From Octopus sinensis (Eukaryota), in assembly GCF_006345805.1 (NCBI RefSeq), contig NC_043001.1, forward strand, positions 94,984,001 to 95,048,000: a stretch of DNA of 64,000 bases. The letters are read 5' to 3'. A program made the position numbers and the translations under genes. Shown here piece by piece: positions 27,165 to 39,439 of this stretch. A model generated the notes under the pieces. The model was not told the origin of the DNA, searched no databases, and saw only the letters and a list, made by a program, of their open reading frames with translations. Numbering within the stretch: the stretch's first letter is position 1; each line of letters opens with the position of its first letter.

Positions 27165-27640
27165 CAGCACACACATATACACACATATAAACATAGATGT
27201 ATGAATAGTGGAAAATATTCAAGATAGCCTAAAATAATTTACACGTATACACATAAACACATGGACAGATAGATAAACAGATCGATAGATAAATAAATAT
27301 GTATGCATATATTTATATATGGATATTTGTAAGTCCAGTCGAAATATGCATATGTTTGCAATCTGCACGTAAACGTAATAATCAGGTCTGTGCTACTTAG
27401 TAAGTATCCTTTTCAGCGTTATGATATATTTAGGTCGGGTAATTCCAACTAGCAATTGAAATTATGTTAACAATTTCCTCATGCGCAGGTATATCCGGGT
27501 ATATGCAAGGAGAGAGAGAGAGGCGAATGTAAGTTGGAGCGATTGTAGGTGCGTTGTGCAGCGAGGCGTGTATTACTTTTTGTGTGCTCGTAGGTGCATA
27601 TATGTGTGGCGTTCGTGCTTTGTGTACCTAAGTGGGAGTA

Positions 27641-27783
<143 letters not shown>

Positions 27784-27790
27784 ATATTAC

Positions 27791-28039
27791 GTATAGGAAG
27801 AATGGAGCTGAACGAAGATTTAACAAAATTCCTTTATTTTATTTTCGACATATGTTTCGAAGTCTGCAAAGTCCCTAATTCCGAATGAATAAGGAGTCCA
27901 TTATACAGCTTTCTCTTCAGCTGCATAATGGACTCCTTATTCATTCGGAATTAGGGACTTTGCAGACTTCGAAACATATGTCGAAAATAAAATAAAGGAA
28001 TTTTGTTAAATCTTCGTTCAGCTCCATTCTTTCCTATAC
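27791..28039. repeat. Near-perfect inverted repeat (~120-bp arms, 8-bp spacer) derived from a Penelope-like terminal repeat
   Basis: Arms 27791-27910 and 27919-28039 differ by one substitution and one 1-bp indel. Contains GAAACATATGTC. Confidence 0.92.
27841..27920 (-). ncRNA. Hammerhead ribozyme motif with long stem II (5' strand of stem I missing)
   Basis: CTGAAGA-GAAAGCTGTA...TGCAGACTTC-GAAAC-ATAT-GTC-GAAAAT. Palindromic stem III and GUC triplet. Confidence 0.6.
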
Positions 28040-29084
28040 TTAATATATTAAACTTCAAATTTCCGCACTAAGGCACGGATTTTATGCCCTTTGGTCGGAA
28101 CTTCAACCGTGCTTTTTCTGTTGTGAGTTTGCTACCCAGGTATCGGTTATCTTTCGAATTATCCGTAATAAGATAATTCATTTGTCTACTTATATATATA
28201 TATATATACACACACACAGAACCTGGAGCCTTGTGGATGGGAAGCCAGCTTCTTACCACACAGTCAATGCTGCACCTACCGCAGTTACATGCGTCTGTTT
28301 AATATGTATGGGTTGGGCTCATGCTCTGTGTATTGTGTGTGTGCGATGGAGAGAAACCGAAGAATAAAACATGCAAATAGAACTAAAAATGAAAAATACA
28401 TTTAAAACAAATACAAAAAACTTAACCGTGAATATATAAAACAAACATTGAAACGTTAAATTATTAGTTGGAAAATGAATAAAACAAAACATTATAATAA
28501 ATAAAATAAAGAAATAAATGAAACAAATGAAAAAATATATAGAAATAATACAATAAAATAAAATATGTTTAAATGGTGTATGGATGATGACACTGGAAGG
28601 AGGGGTTTGAGTCCGAAAGGTGTTTGAGTTCGTAGGGCAACAATGTAGCGCCTGTGCTATGCCAACTTGGGTGTTGGTGTATATCATGTGTTACAATTTC
28701 ACTTACTTTGGAATTACCATACTGACAACCTGTTATTAGATCTCTATACAGCTATATTTCAACGTAGCACGTCAGAAGATTCCTCGGGGTGATATCGGTT
28801 AGTGAGTGACAAGAACATGGTTAAGTAATTTTCTTCAATATTGATTTCAAATTTTGGCACAAGACAAGTAATTTTGGCGAATCCATAATTGATGTTATAT
28901 AATAGGTTACCTCTGCACAGCTGTGCAGAAAGTATTTCTGACTAATTATTTGTAAAATATATGTTACGTGCTGAAATAATTTCGTTTTGAAATTTTTGAA
29001 AACGTTTCTTACTAACTTATTGATAAGAGAAACGATATTTCGTTCCAAGACTGCTAGAAACAATTAACGTACTTGACCCTGATA

Positions 29085-29942
29085 TAAAGGATCACAAAAG
29101 TACAGCTCCCAAAATTACTGCACAGCTTAAAGACGACCTCGAGGAACCAGTTTCCGCAGAAACTATTTGCCAGGAGCTGGACTAAGCCAGGTTTCACCTG
29201 AAGTCTGCTATTAACATCTACTTTCAAATACAAACGTTGCAAAGCGTTTAGAGAGGATGGAAAACCTACAGAATTGGTCTGTAGAGCAGCGGAAGAATGC
29301 TATATTCTCGGACGAGTCATCCTTTACTTTATTTCCAACCACCGACCGAGTATATGTTTGGAGGCATCCAAAAGAAGCATTTGAACCAGACTGCCTTCTA
29401 TCAACTGTTAAACCTAGAGAAGATTCTGTAATGATCTGGGGACGGGTGCTATATCTTGGAAATCCGCCGGCCCAATGCTTTCCCTTCATGGCAAAATTAA
29501 TAGTCCAGCCTACTTAAGCATGATATTTGAGCAAATTCATCCTATGATTTCGGAACTGTTACCGGAGTGAAGCGCAATCTTTCAGGATGATAATGCACTA
29601 ATTCACTATAATTGCTACTGAATGGCACAAGGAACATTCTAGTCAAGTTGAAAATCTTATCTGGCTACCTCAGTCCACTGATCTCAATATTATTGAACAT
29701 TTATGGTACATTTCAGAAAAATAAGTAAAGATTCGATATCCTCCACCACCATCACTGCAAGAACTGGAGACTGTTTTTGCTGAAGAATGGATGAAAATTT
29801 CTTTGAAAACAATTCAATCTTTGAACGAGTCCCTACCTCGTAGAATTCAAGCTATAATTATTGCCAAAGGCAGTCCTATCCCATATTAAAATAAAATTTG
29901 CTTGAAATTTTAAGACGTTTCCATTGTTTTATCCAACCCCTG
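29085..29942 (+). mobile_element. Decayed Tc1-like (DD34E) transposon, copy 2, 5'-truncated with right TIR
   Basis: NAIFSDESSF, VYVWRHPKEAFEPDCLLSTVK, FQDDNA and PQSTDLNIIEHLW. Ends TTTCCATTGTTTTATCCAACCCCTG followed by TA. Confidence 0.9.
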
Positions 29943-31741
29943 TACATATAGCATGTGTTTCCTTTCCTTAAATGTGTTTAAGTGTCGATGTTGCTTGCCT
30001 CTTTCTTTTCTTAATACGTTTGCTTATATAGTTTTGACTTATAATAAAGTATAAAGTACTACACAAAATAATTCATTATACCTTTATTATTTTCACATGG
30101 AATCAACGCTCGGACAATGAGCTATTACGAAATACGCTGACATGTGATCGTTCTGTAATATTCGATACGCTTTGGAATGAAGAGTAGGTATATTTTATCT
30201 AATTTCATATTCATTGGCAACACGTCTACGGTGTTGAGTTAAATTTTTGATAACAAACACTTAAACACATGAACAATCAATGTTAATATTCACATAGACT
30301 GCATACTTTACGGAAATTAATAAAATAATTAATAAAATAATTTTAAATGCATACCAACTTCGGATTCCACGACTGTACAAGAAGTAATATTGTGTAGCAT
30401 ACCACAAATTATAACTTTTTCTCAGCCAAGAAACAGAAAAGTTACTAGAATTTTAAGTTTAATTATCATCACCCGTTCTACATACTGCATTGTTAAGCGA
30501 TTATGTACGTGTGTCCCAAAATACATTATTAGCAAAAATTTTTCTTTCAAGATTTTGTTTTAGCTTTATCTCTGATATGAGGTGCGTGCGCATATCGGTC
30601 TCGAAGGAAATCAAGTTTTTATGTCTCGTACGAAGTGTACAGAAAATGTTTAAATTTTCTACCATACTGAACAATATGCCACTATTTCTTGTAATGAAAT
30701 ACAAATTGACATAGATTCTACAACAGTAAAGCCGCTGCTTACTAAAGAAAGAGCAGCTAATTTGAGAACCACAAGATGAATGTAGGAACTTAGTCAAGCC
30801 TAGTGACAATAAATTAGGAAACGAAATATTTTCTCATTGTACTCCATAGGAACTGAACTCTGAGATTTACCATTCATGTAATGGTAGGTTACATGTTCTA
30901 TACAAGTACACTACCAGCGGTAAATTTGAAAAATTAGAATGTATAAGCTCGGGGCATATACTGGATTGCCTCATGCCAAAATGTTTAATCTAATTTATTG
31001 CACCTGCTGAAGAAGACGTCGCCTAGCAAATTATTTTATGAAGTATGAAACCATGTTCCAGGATTTAGATGGTAACTGTTTTGTTTTCATTCCGTTCGAC
31101 GTTTTATCCCTAATAGTGGTTTGGAATTTAACTGTTCTGTCTTACGTGCAAGGAGTCCTATGATGGATATTTCTTATGTGTTTAAATGTACATTGTATAT
31201 ATATATATATATATAACAGAAATGTTTTGTTTATAGTAATTAAATATATGTCCTTTACATTTGCCCACTCCGTCTCTGAAACGACATTGAATGGATAGGT
31301 GCACGAGTGTACAATGCATAAAACATTGAAATATTAGGAGAGCCAAGTGGAATCATGTCTTTTACTGAAGGACATAATACGCTTCCGAGAGTGGGAATGG
31401 TCGATTGTCTCCAATACATGACTGGCACATTTTTGATACTCCCTAATCTGTTCAAAAGCACAATAGAACTCAGCGGAATTTCATTTTGGAGAAAGACAAG
31501 ATACTGCAAGCTAGTCACTTTGTTTGTTTTTTGTAATATAGGTTATGGTTACTTAGAATTATGAAAATTATTATTAGTGGCAGTATCAATATTAACTTCA
31601 GCAGCTGAAGTAATAGTAGTAGTTATAGTAGTATCTCAACTTTAAGAAATGAGCCCAATATACACTATGAGTTTCTTTGCCCTAGGAGTCGGGAAGACAC
31701 TCGGCAAGAAATGGAAGAACATTTGAAAGAAGAAAAAGAAA

Positions 31742-31789
<48 letters not shown>

Positions 31790-31791
<2 letters not shown>

Positions 31792-32050
31792 CAGCCCAGC
31801 TAGGAAAACGAAGAAACTGAAGGGCCAATTATGGTGGTGCCCTTTGGAACAATATCAGAAGACATCAAGGGAACATAAAGGAAATTGGAATAGGGTACCC
31901 AGCAGAACTGTGAGAAAAAATTGTTCTCCTTGGCACGGCCAGAGTAATCAGGAAAGTATTAAACAGCTGGAAAGAACGGTCAGCATGTAGGAAGCCGGCA
32001 ATGCATGCAAGACTCGAGGTTCTCCAACAACACCTGAAATAAAAGGAAGA
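31790..32050 (+). mobile_element. 5'-truncated 3' end of a Dong/R4-type LINE downstream of (AAT)n
   Basis: PIMVVPFGTI and KIVLLGTARVIRKVL (RLE C-terminus), preceded by (AAT)n at 31743-31789. Confidence 0.78.
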
Positions 32051-32294
32051 TTTTTTATATGCAGTGTTTAAGTTCCCTATTATTTTTCATTTCAGCTCCT
32101 TGCACCACGTAGCACGATATATATTTAAACGAATAAACATTTCAAAATCACTTTCGAATATTTCGGCAATATATTCATTTTTTCGCATTTTCATCCCACT
32201 TATATATATGTAATATAATTTCTTCTGAAACTTCAAATTTTTTCAGTATGCTACGCTGGATTTAAATTGATATTAATCAAATTGGTATTCAATT

Positions 32295-32708
32295 GGCTCA
32301 ACTGTTAATTATTTAATTGACTCCAAAATGATGAAAAGAGTAATTAACTTCGGCAGAAATTGAACATAAGGTCGGGGGAAATACCGGTAAGCATTTTAGC
32401 CGGCCTGCTAACAATCCTTCCAATAGTCCACCTTAACGTAAGATAATATGCCTCTATATTTTTCTCCTTTCTACTTTTAACCTAAGCTTATATGTATATA
32501 TATATATACATATAAGCTTAGGTTAAAAGTAGAAAGGAGAAAAATATAGAGGCATATTATCTTACGTTAAGGTGGACTATTGGAAGGATTGTTAGCAGGC
32601 CGGCTAAAATGCTTACCGGTATTTCCCCCGACCTTATGTTCAATTTCTGCCGAAGTTAATTACTCTTTTCATCATTTTGGAGTCAATTAAATAATTAACA
32701 GTTGAGCC
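32295..32708. repeat. Perfect 414-bp palindrome centred on (TA)7
   Basis: 207-bp arms with no mismatch seen, axis at 32501/32502. Confidence 0.95.
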
Positions 32709-33279
32709 CTGTTGTTCATGTAATAGTCACAATCCATTTCCCTAACATGCGAACCTGAAGCCGATATTAACTTAGTCTATCTTAGCTTTCCTTAGTAGTT
32801 CATCTAAAATTTGCGCATGTCATAAAGCCCTTTCTGAAGTTGTTGCTAATGGGTTACATTGAGTGACTGCAATAATTCAGCCGCACGATAATTCTATGAT
32901 TTCCTGCTGTTCACGTAGCATTATTTCGATGTAGATATTGGAATATCCTTGTTGGAAGAAATATTTCGTATATAGATATGATTCAGGATTTACAAACTTG
33001 ACTGTGTTAATTTTAAACGTGACATGATGTTTTAAACGTGACAAAATGTTAGCGTTGAAATTTGGTGTGTATATGTGTGATTTTGTGTGTGAAGGCTTGT
33101 CGGTACATATATCCTTCTGCATTATATATATTGTTTCTGTGTGTGAGTTCTTGTATGTTTGTGTGATGGTGTGTGGGGTGTGCGTGCCTATCTGTGTGTG
33201 TATACACACACAAACCGAAATAAAAAATACATGCGTGTGCAAATATATATACATATATATATATATATATAATATATAT

Positions 33280-33316
<37 letters not shown>

Positions 33317-33418
33317 TTGTATATGTATATATGCATTTATTATACATAATTTATAAGAATACATGCGCACATACATAAACGTGAAAGTAAATATATATAT
33401 ATATGTGTACGTATATAT

Positions 33419-33452
<34 letters not shown>

Positions 33453-33790
33453 CGTGTATCAGTATAAATACATGCAAATACATCACCCACACACACACAC
33501 ACACATGCACGCACACATATACACTAACACACGCATATCAGTCATTTCTTAATGCAGAAGAACGATATGCTATTTACATTTACCCATCCTTGAAAACAAT
33601 ACGAAAGACATATATCGTAGAAAATAAAAATTCATCTCTTATTCCTACCTGAATGTAACGTGTGACTTTGAGTAGATTCTCAGCAACGGCAATATAATCC
33701 GTGCAACAATAAATCATAAATATATGAAGTATACATACGCAAAATTGAAACCCTGTGCATTATAAATCAAGACGAATCCCTCTGAATATA

Positions 33791-33844
<54 letters not shown>

Positions 33845-33861
33845 AATACACACACACACAC

Positions 33862-33912
<51 letters not shown>

Positions 33913-35142
33913 CGCATACACATAATTAAATTAAAATCAATTTAAACTACTATCAATACAAAAAGTACTTTCGGAACACATTGAAATTTACGCTCACTGA
34001 AAATAATTTGGGAAACCATTGATCAGAAACAATAATAATAATAAATTAATACAAGGAAATACGTCATACGTGGTTTTAAAATATACTGCTATATCCAAAA
34101 TACATTTGAGGGAATATATTGACACTATCTATTGAAAACAACCCAAATATTCCATGGGAAAAGAGACATATGTAACTCGTTTATATATAACAACAGTTAA
34201 TTTCGTTGAAGAGGAGAGAATACGAAAGAAGTCGATGGGATAAGGAATGCTGGTCATGGACTAAAGTTATTAAAATATTTATAGAATCGAAGGAAAGTGA
34301 ATTCAATTTCTAAAATTTATATCGAGATAAGCGTTAATAAAATATATTGATTATATGAGGTAAACGAAGGAGATACATCAAAAATAACAAGAATGCCCAA
34401 TTTGCACTCCATAGCAATATAAGTGATGGTTGAATACGAAGGGCAATATATTATACAGCAGAATCAACAATGTATTATATTCATTACAAAATATTGTTAT
34501 ACATACTCAAACCCACAAACACTTCCACACAGACACACACACGCACACACTTCAGAATCACAGCACATAAATACACTGCAACACAATTTCTTTTTGGTCC
34601 TGCCCTATTTAACTTTCTTCTGAAAAATCATCAAAGAGGAAAATAAACCCATCAGCTTTAAACGGAATTGGGAAACATTCCTCCAAGGAATACCAGATAA
34701 GCCACAAATACCTGGATACAAATCACTCAACAAGAACTCCCTAGTCGAATAGATCATGATACCACAAAACTTGATTTTAAAGGGATTTAGCAAATCCTTT
34801 CAGGTAGTGATATTAAGTTAGACATGGCATGGACAAATCTTTGGTCGAAACATATCTAATTTAACTAAGTTATATTTAGATTACTTAGGTAACTTAGATA
34901 CATTACGACCAAATATAGTGAATTAAACTTTTAAATAATACATATATGTATATATTATCATTATTATTATTATTATTTTTTTTTTCCTTTTATTTCAGGT
35001 GTTGTTGGAGAACCTCGAGTCTTGCATGCATTGCGGGCTTCCTACATGCTGACCGTTCTTTCCAGCTGTTTAATACTTTCCTGATTACTCTGGCCATGCC
35101 AAGGAGAACAATTTTTTCTCACAGTTCTGTTGGGTACCCTAT

Positions 35143-35682
35143 TCATGTATGTACTGGAAAGTCCCACAGAATGGTTACATTTTCTCCTTCAGTTACAGCC
35201 TCAGGATGGTGATTATACCACTTGTCGGCAGTTTTGATATTGTAATGTCGACTTATTAGCCAGTGGAGATATTGGCCAACTCTGTCATGTCTTAATTTAT
35301 ACTCCACTGGTGCTAAGACTTTACATCCAGAGATTAGGTGGTCCACTGTTTCAATCATGTCGTTGCAGAATCGGCATTTTGGGTCTGCTCCATTTTTCAT
35401 CACATTGGCCTGGTAGTTCCGGGTTAATAGGCTTTGGTCTTGAGCAGCCAGGATGAAACCTTCGCTCTCTGCTTTTAGCCCTGAGCTCCGCAGCCACTGA
35501 TGGGTTTGCTTCTGGTCAACATCAGCTTGTATGCTGCGGGTCACATATTTGCCGTGCAGAGGTTTCTCCTCCCACCTATCAGCCAATTGCTCGTGCGCTT
35601 TTTTCATTGCCATCATTTTCACCTTCTTTGCAACAATAGTTGCCGTACTTCCCTCGGGTTGTTCAGTTTGGGTATCATGCAC
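35143..35682 (-). CDS. Frameshifted continuation: CCHC zinc knuckle and start of RLE
   Basis: WEEKPLHGKY, AAQDQSLLTRNY, CRFCNDMIETVDHLISGC, RHD, ILWDFPVHT, then truncation before the PD-D catalytic motif. Confidence 0.88.
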   Translation of the reverse strand: MHDTQTEQPEGSTATIVAKKVKMMAMKKAHEQLADRWEEKPLHGKYVTRSIQADVDQKQTHQWLRSSGLKAESEGFILAAQDQSLLTRNYQANVMKNGADPKCRFCNDMIETVDHLISGCKVLAPVEYKLRHDRVGQYLHWLISRHYNIKTADKWYNHHPEAVTEGENVTILWDFPVHT

Positions 35683-37520
35683 GAGATCAATGGCAATGTT
35701 TTGCTTTCCTTGATGATAGAATGAAGCTTCTTTCGTCTCTCGTGATTTTCCACGAGCTTTAGCATCCAGTCATTCGATATTTCGAGATATTTGGCCAGTC
35801 CAATTGTGGTTGTTTTGTAAGCTAGTTCAAATTGGATCTGGCCTCGACCTCCTTGGGCTCTGGGAAGGTAAAGGCGATCTACGTCTGCCTTTGGGTGGTG
35901 CATCCTATTACAACTCAGCAGCTTGCGTATTTTTCTATCTATATTCTTTACTTCACTCATATTCCAGTTCAACACATTGTAGCTATAAGTAACAACTGGA
36001 ACTGCTAAGGAATTTATAGCTAACACCTTGTTACGTGCATTTAGTTCAGATTTAAGGACTGCACGAACTCTCCTATAACATTCCTTCCTGATTTTCTCTT
36101 TCATGCTTCCATGCTGAATACCAGAGCCTTCATTTATCCCTAAATATTTGTATGTTTGTTCTTGCTCAAGCTCTCTTATGACTGTGTCAGCACCTAACAC
36201 GACTGAATTTGTGGTCTTCACTTCCCCTTTCTGGAAAGTGGCCTTGGCACACTTCTCAAGTCCAAACTCCATCCCGATGTCATCGCTGAATGCTTTCACG
36301 GTGCGCAATAGGCCTTCAAGTTCATTATTGTCTTTACCATAAAGTTTTAAGTCATCCATATAAAATAGATGGCTTATTTTTTTATTGGCAATTTTATACC
36401 CATACCCTGTTCTGTTTAATTCACTTGTAAGGGGTATTAGGGCTATGCAGAATATTAAAGGTGAAAGTGAGTCACCTTGAAAAATTCCACATTTGATGTT
36501 TATATTTTCTGAGGCAAGTACTCCATTAGAGTGGTATAATTGGAGATTCGTATTCCACAACGACATATTGTGCTTCAGGAAGTTTGAAATCACAGGGGAA
36601 ATTTTGAAGATGTCCAGCGATCTCAAGATCCATGGATGCGGTATACTGTCGAAGGCCTTTTTATAATCAATCCATGCGGTGCTGAGATTTCTGCGCTTGT
36701 TGTGACAGTTCTCAAGGATCATACGATTGATTACCAGTTGATCTTTGCATCCGTAAGAGCCTCGGCGGCACCCTTTTTGTTCAATGGGGAAAATATCGTT
36801 CTTCTCCATGAATGCATATGTTTTCTCCGCCAGGATAGATGTTAGGATTTTATACGTGGTGGATAGACAGGTTATAGGCCGATAGTTTTTTGGAAGGTTG
36901 GTTTCGTTATTCTTTGGGAGTAGGTAAGTAATGCCACTTGCTAACCATTCAGGTGTTTTCTTTGGGTCTCTCATAATTCCATTGAGCAGCTGAAGTAGCT
37001 TACCGTGTGCGCACGGGAGCGATGCGAGCCAGAAATTCGGCACCCTATCTTTACCGGGGGATTTCCAATTATGGGCCTTCGTGAGTGCCTTTCTTAGGTC
37101 TGCTATTGTGATGTCTTCCCATGCTTGTTGTTGTAAATTTTGGTGGGATCCTTCAGTTTGTATAATCCAGTCTGCATTTATGTTGTACGTCTTCTTGTCA
37201 CTCCAAATCCTTTTCCAAAAGTTTTGAACTTCTTCCATGGGAGGGGGGTCTTTAACGGTTACTTTCTCCTTCCCTATTTCTCTGTAGACGTTTTTGGCAT
37301 TGGATGTGAACAGCTTATTTTGCTTGTAAAACTTGTTTCTCTTCTCAAATCTTCGTATTCTTTGGGCTTTTGCTTGGACTTTTTGTTTCAGCGTTTCTTT
37401 TATTGATATCAGTTCTTCTCTTGGTGAGGATCCAAAGTTTCTCTTCATCTTTCTTCCTGTTCTGGATCTTACATCATTTCCACATATTAGTTCATTTAAT
37501 ATTGATATTTCCCCTCTCAT
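35619..37520 (-). CDS. Reverse transcriptase of an R4/Dong LINE (fragment; frame open upstream to ~37590, frameshift near 35700)
   Basis: WKSPGKD, NYRPITCL, EQKGCRRG, WIDYKKAFDSIPH, GIFQGDSLSPLIF, HLFYMDDLKLY, YKYLGI, RLYLPRAQGGRG. Confidence 0.93.
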   Translation of the reverse strand: MRGEISILNELICGNDVRSRTGRKMKRNFGSSPREELISIKETLKQKVQAKAQRIRRFEKRNKFYKQNKLFTSNAKNVYREIGKEKVTVKDPPPMEEVQNFWKRIWSDKKTYNINADWIIQTEGSHQNLQQQAWEDITIADLRKALTKAHNWKSPGKDRVPNFWLASLPCAHGKLLQLLNGIMRDPKKTPEWLASGITYLLPKNNETNLPKNYRPITCLSTTYKILTSILAEKTYAFMEKNDIFPIEQKGCRRGSYGCKDQLVINRMILENCHNKRRNLSTAWIDYKKAFDSIPHPWILRSLDIFKISPVISNFLKHNMSLWNTNLQLYHSNGVLASENINIKCGIFQGDSLSPLIFCIALIPLTSELNRTGYGYKIANKKISHLFYMDDLKLYGKDNNELEGLLRTVKAFSDDIGMEFGLEKCAKATFQKGEVKTTNSVVLGADTVIRELEQEQTYKYLGINEGSGIQHGSMKEKIRKECYRRVRAVLKSELNARNKVLAINSLAVPVVTYSYNVLNWNMSEVKNIDRKIRKLLSCNRMHHPKADVDRLYLPRAQGGRGQIQFELAYKTTTIGLAKYLEISNDWMLKLVENHERRKKLHSIIKESKTLPLISCMIPKLNNPREVRQLLLQRR

Positions 37521-38499
37521 AAATTCAATCTCTTTTTCAATTTTACTTCTCCAGGTTTGATTTCTTCCCAGGTTTTGTTTTCTTTGTTTTCTTCTCTATT
37601 CACAAATAATACAGAACAGCCCTTCAAAATAAGTTAAGAAAATTTACAAATTTACATATCTACGGTTTTCAATCATACATTCGACCAGCTTTTAAAACTT
37701 TGATATCCACAATTGCCTCTGTAAACATCCTTCTTTTTCTTCTCTCTAAAAACATCACGCTTTTCTTTTTTTCTTTTTGTGGACTTACAAAACCCTAAAA
37801 CTTTCTATGAGAATCTGACTTTTCTTTGCTTCCTCCCTGAATATTCAAATATAAATGTAAACATATACTTTTTATTGTGAAAACACACCTGTTCTTCTAA
37901 CTGGACATACAAACATCTCTAGAAAAGTCAACTTCAACCGCCACAATATTACCTTACAGGAAATATACAAACACTTTTTATTGCAATAACACAAACGCAC
38001 GTTGAAAAAAGAAATGATGATGCTACGATTCTCTCTGGTCGAACACAACTTCTCTATTCACAAACAATACAGAACAGCCCTCCCTTAATTTTTCTTAAGC
38101 CTAATAGTAGTAAATATCTGAACTTTTTTTGACCGATAGGACTACACCTAAAGAAGAAAAAAAAAAGACAGTCAGCCAGCCAACCACCAAGCCAGCCAAC
38201 GAGACAGACAGACACTACTGTGATGGTGATAATGATAAAAAAACAAAAATAACAATAATAAGATACTGCTGTGACTACACATAAAACAATATCATTGATG
38301 ACGATGGTGGTGATGGTGATGGTGATGATGATAATGATGACGGTAATGGTGGTGATAATGATGATAGTGATGGTAATGGTGATGATAATAACAATAATAA
38401 GCCGACTACGGCTGCTATAATGGTACGATTATAATTGTAACGGCAATGATGGCCGTCTCCCCCAGAGCCAATCAAAGCTAAAAAATGATAACATTATCG

Positions 38500-39356
38500 T
38501 AGCACCAAAATGTTTTTGGAAACTAAAAGGAAAACTAAATCAGTATACCAAATCGCTTGTCCTATGGTTAATCTGGAAGCGCGTCCCCCAGGGAAGAGCC
38601 AGCCTGGGATCGAAAAGTCATCAACTGGCACAAACTCTTCTCCGAATACGGACATGGATGGTCACTTGAACGGGAAATCCCCCGACTCGAGCCCTCCAAG
38701 TTCACCACCACAACCACCACAGAAAGAAAAATGTAAGCGGAACAAATGGACCCGAGAAGAGTATAAAGAAGTAATATACGCTTATTACTATGCATCTCAA
38801 GAGAGACACACCGCAAACTCTTACAGTATATGGAGAACACGGAATCAAGACAGTAGGCCCTATTTGGACGAGAACAAATTAGCAAATGTGAGGAGGGATA
38901 TCTTTAGAAATAACAGACTCACAGACAGTGAAATAAGCGCGATCAAGCACGCAACGGAAAATGACATAAATATAAGACACAAAGGAAATGAAGAATCAGA
39001 TGAACAGTATAGCCCGCCACGAGGCTTAATTGAAAGACTGCCATCTGACCAAAGTACGCAAAGGCCTGAAGATACAAGAAATTGTATTGTACCTGTTAAA
39101 GATAGCCAGGAAAACAAAAAAAACAACAGTAACTGAAGATCTCGCATTTGCTGAAGAACACAGAGAGTCTATGGCAGAAATGAGGCAGAAAATCCTGAAT
39201 ACGCTTGAAGTTGTAAGACATACAAGTATGAATGATAGAGAACCGCTTCATAAACTCCCAAATACAAACCAAAATAAAAAACAAATCCAAATTGGCAACT
39301 ATGTAACAAATGAAATAATACGAGAATTAAAACCTGATTTTACTGAGTTAAATGAA

Positions 39357-39360
<4 letters not shown>
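38500..39360 (+). pseudogene. N-terminal ORF segment of an R4/Dong LINE (frameshift in the A-run near 39115)
   Basis: KRNKWTREEYKEVIYAYY..YSIWR..LANVRRDIFRNNRLTDSEI and REPLHKL..FTELNEI resemble R4/Dong N-termini. Runs into (ATT)n. Confidence 0.8.

Positions 39361-39439
<79 letters not shown>

Larger units (their letters stand above)
34975..37590 (-). mobile_element. Dong/R4-clade non-LTR retrotransposon, RT to CCHC portion, with most of the RLE missing
   Basis: RT and CCHC ORFs listed separately. After ILWDFPVHT the sequence jumps to an RLE C-terminus and 3' UTR, ending in an A-rich/(AAT) tail. Confidence 0.93.

Noticed and set aside
31255-31564. Overlapping non-repetitive ORFs as an exon
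   Set aside because: Short, with no motif recognised in any frame.
38440-38500. HDV-like ribozyme at the R4 5' end
   Set aside because: I could form only a simple hairpin, not the nested double pseudoknot.
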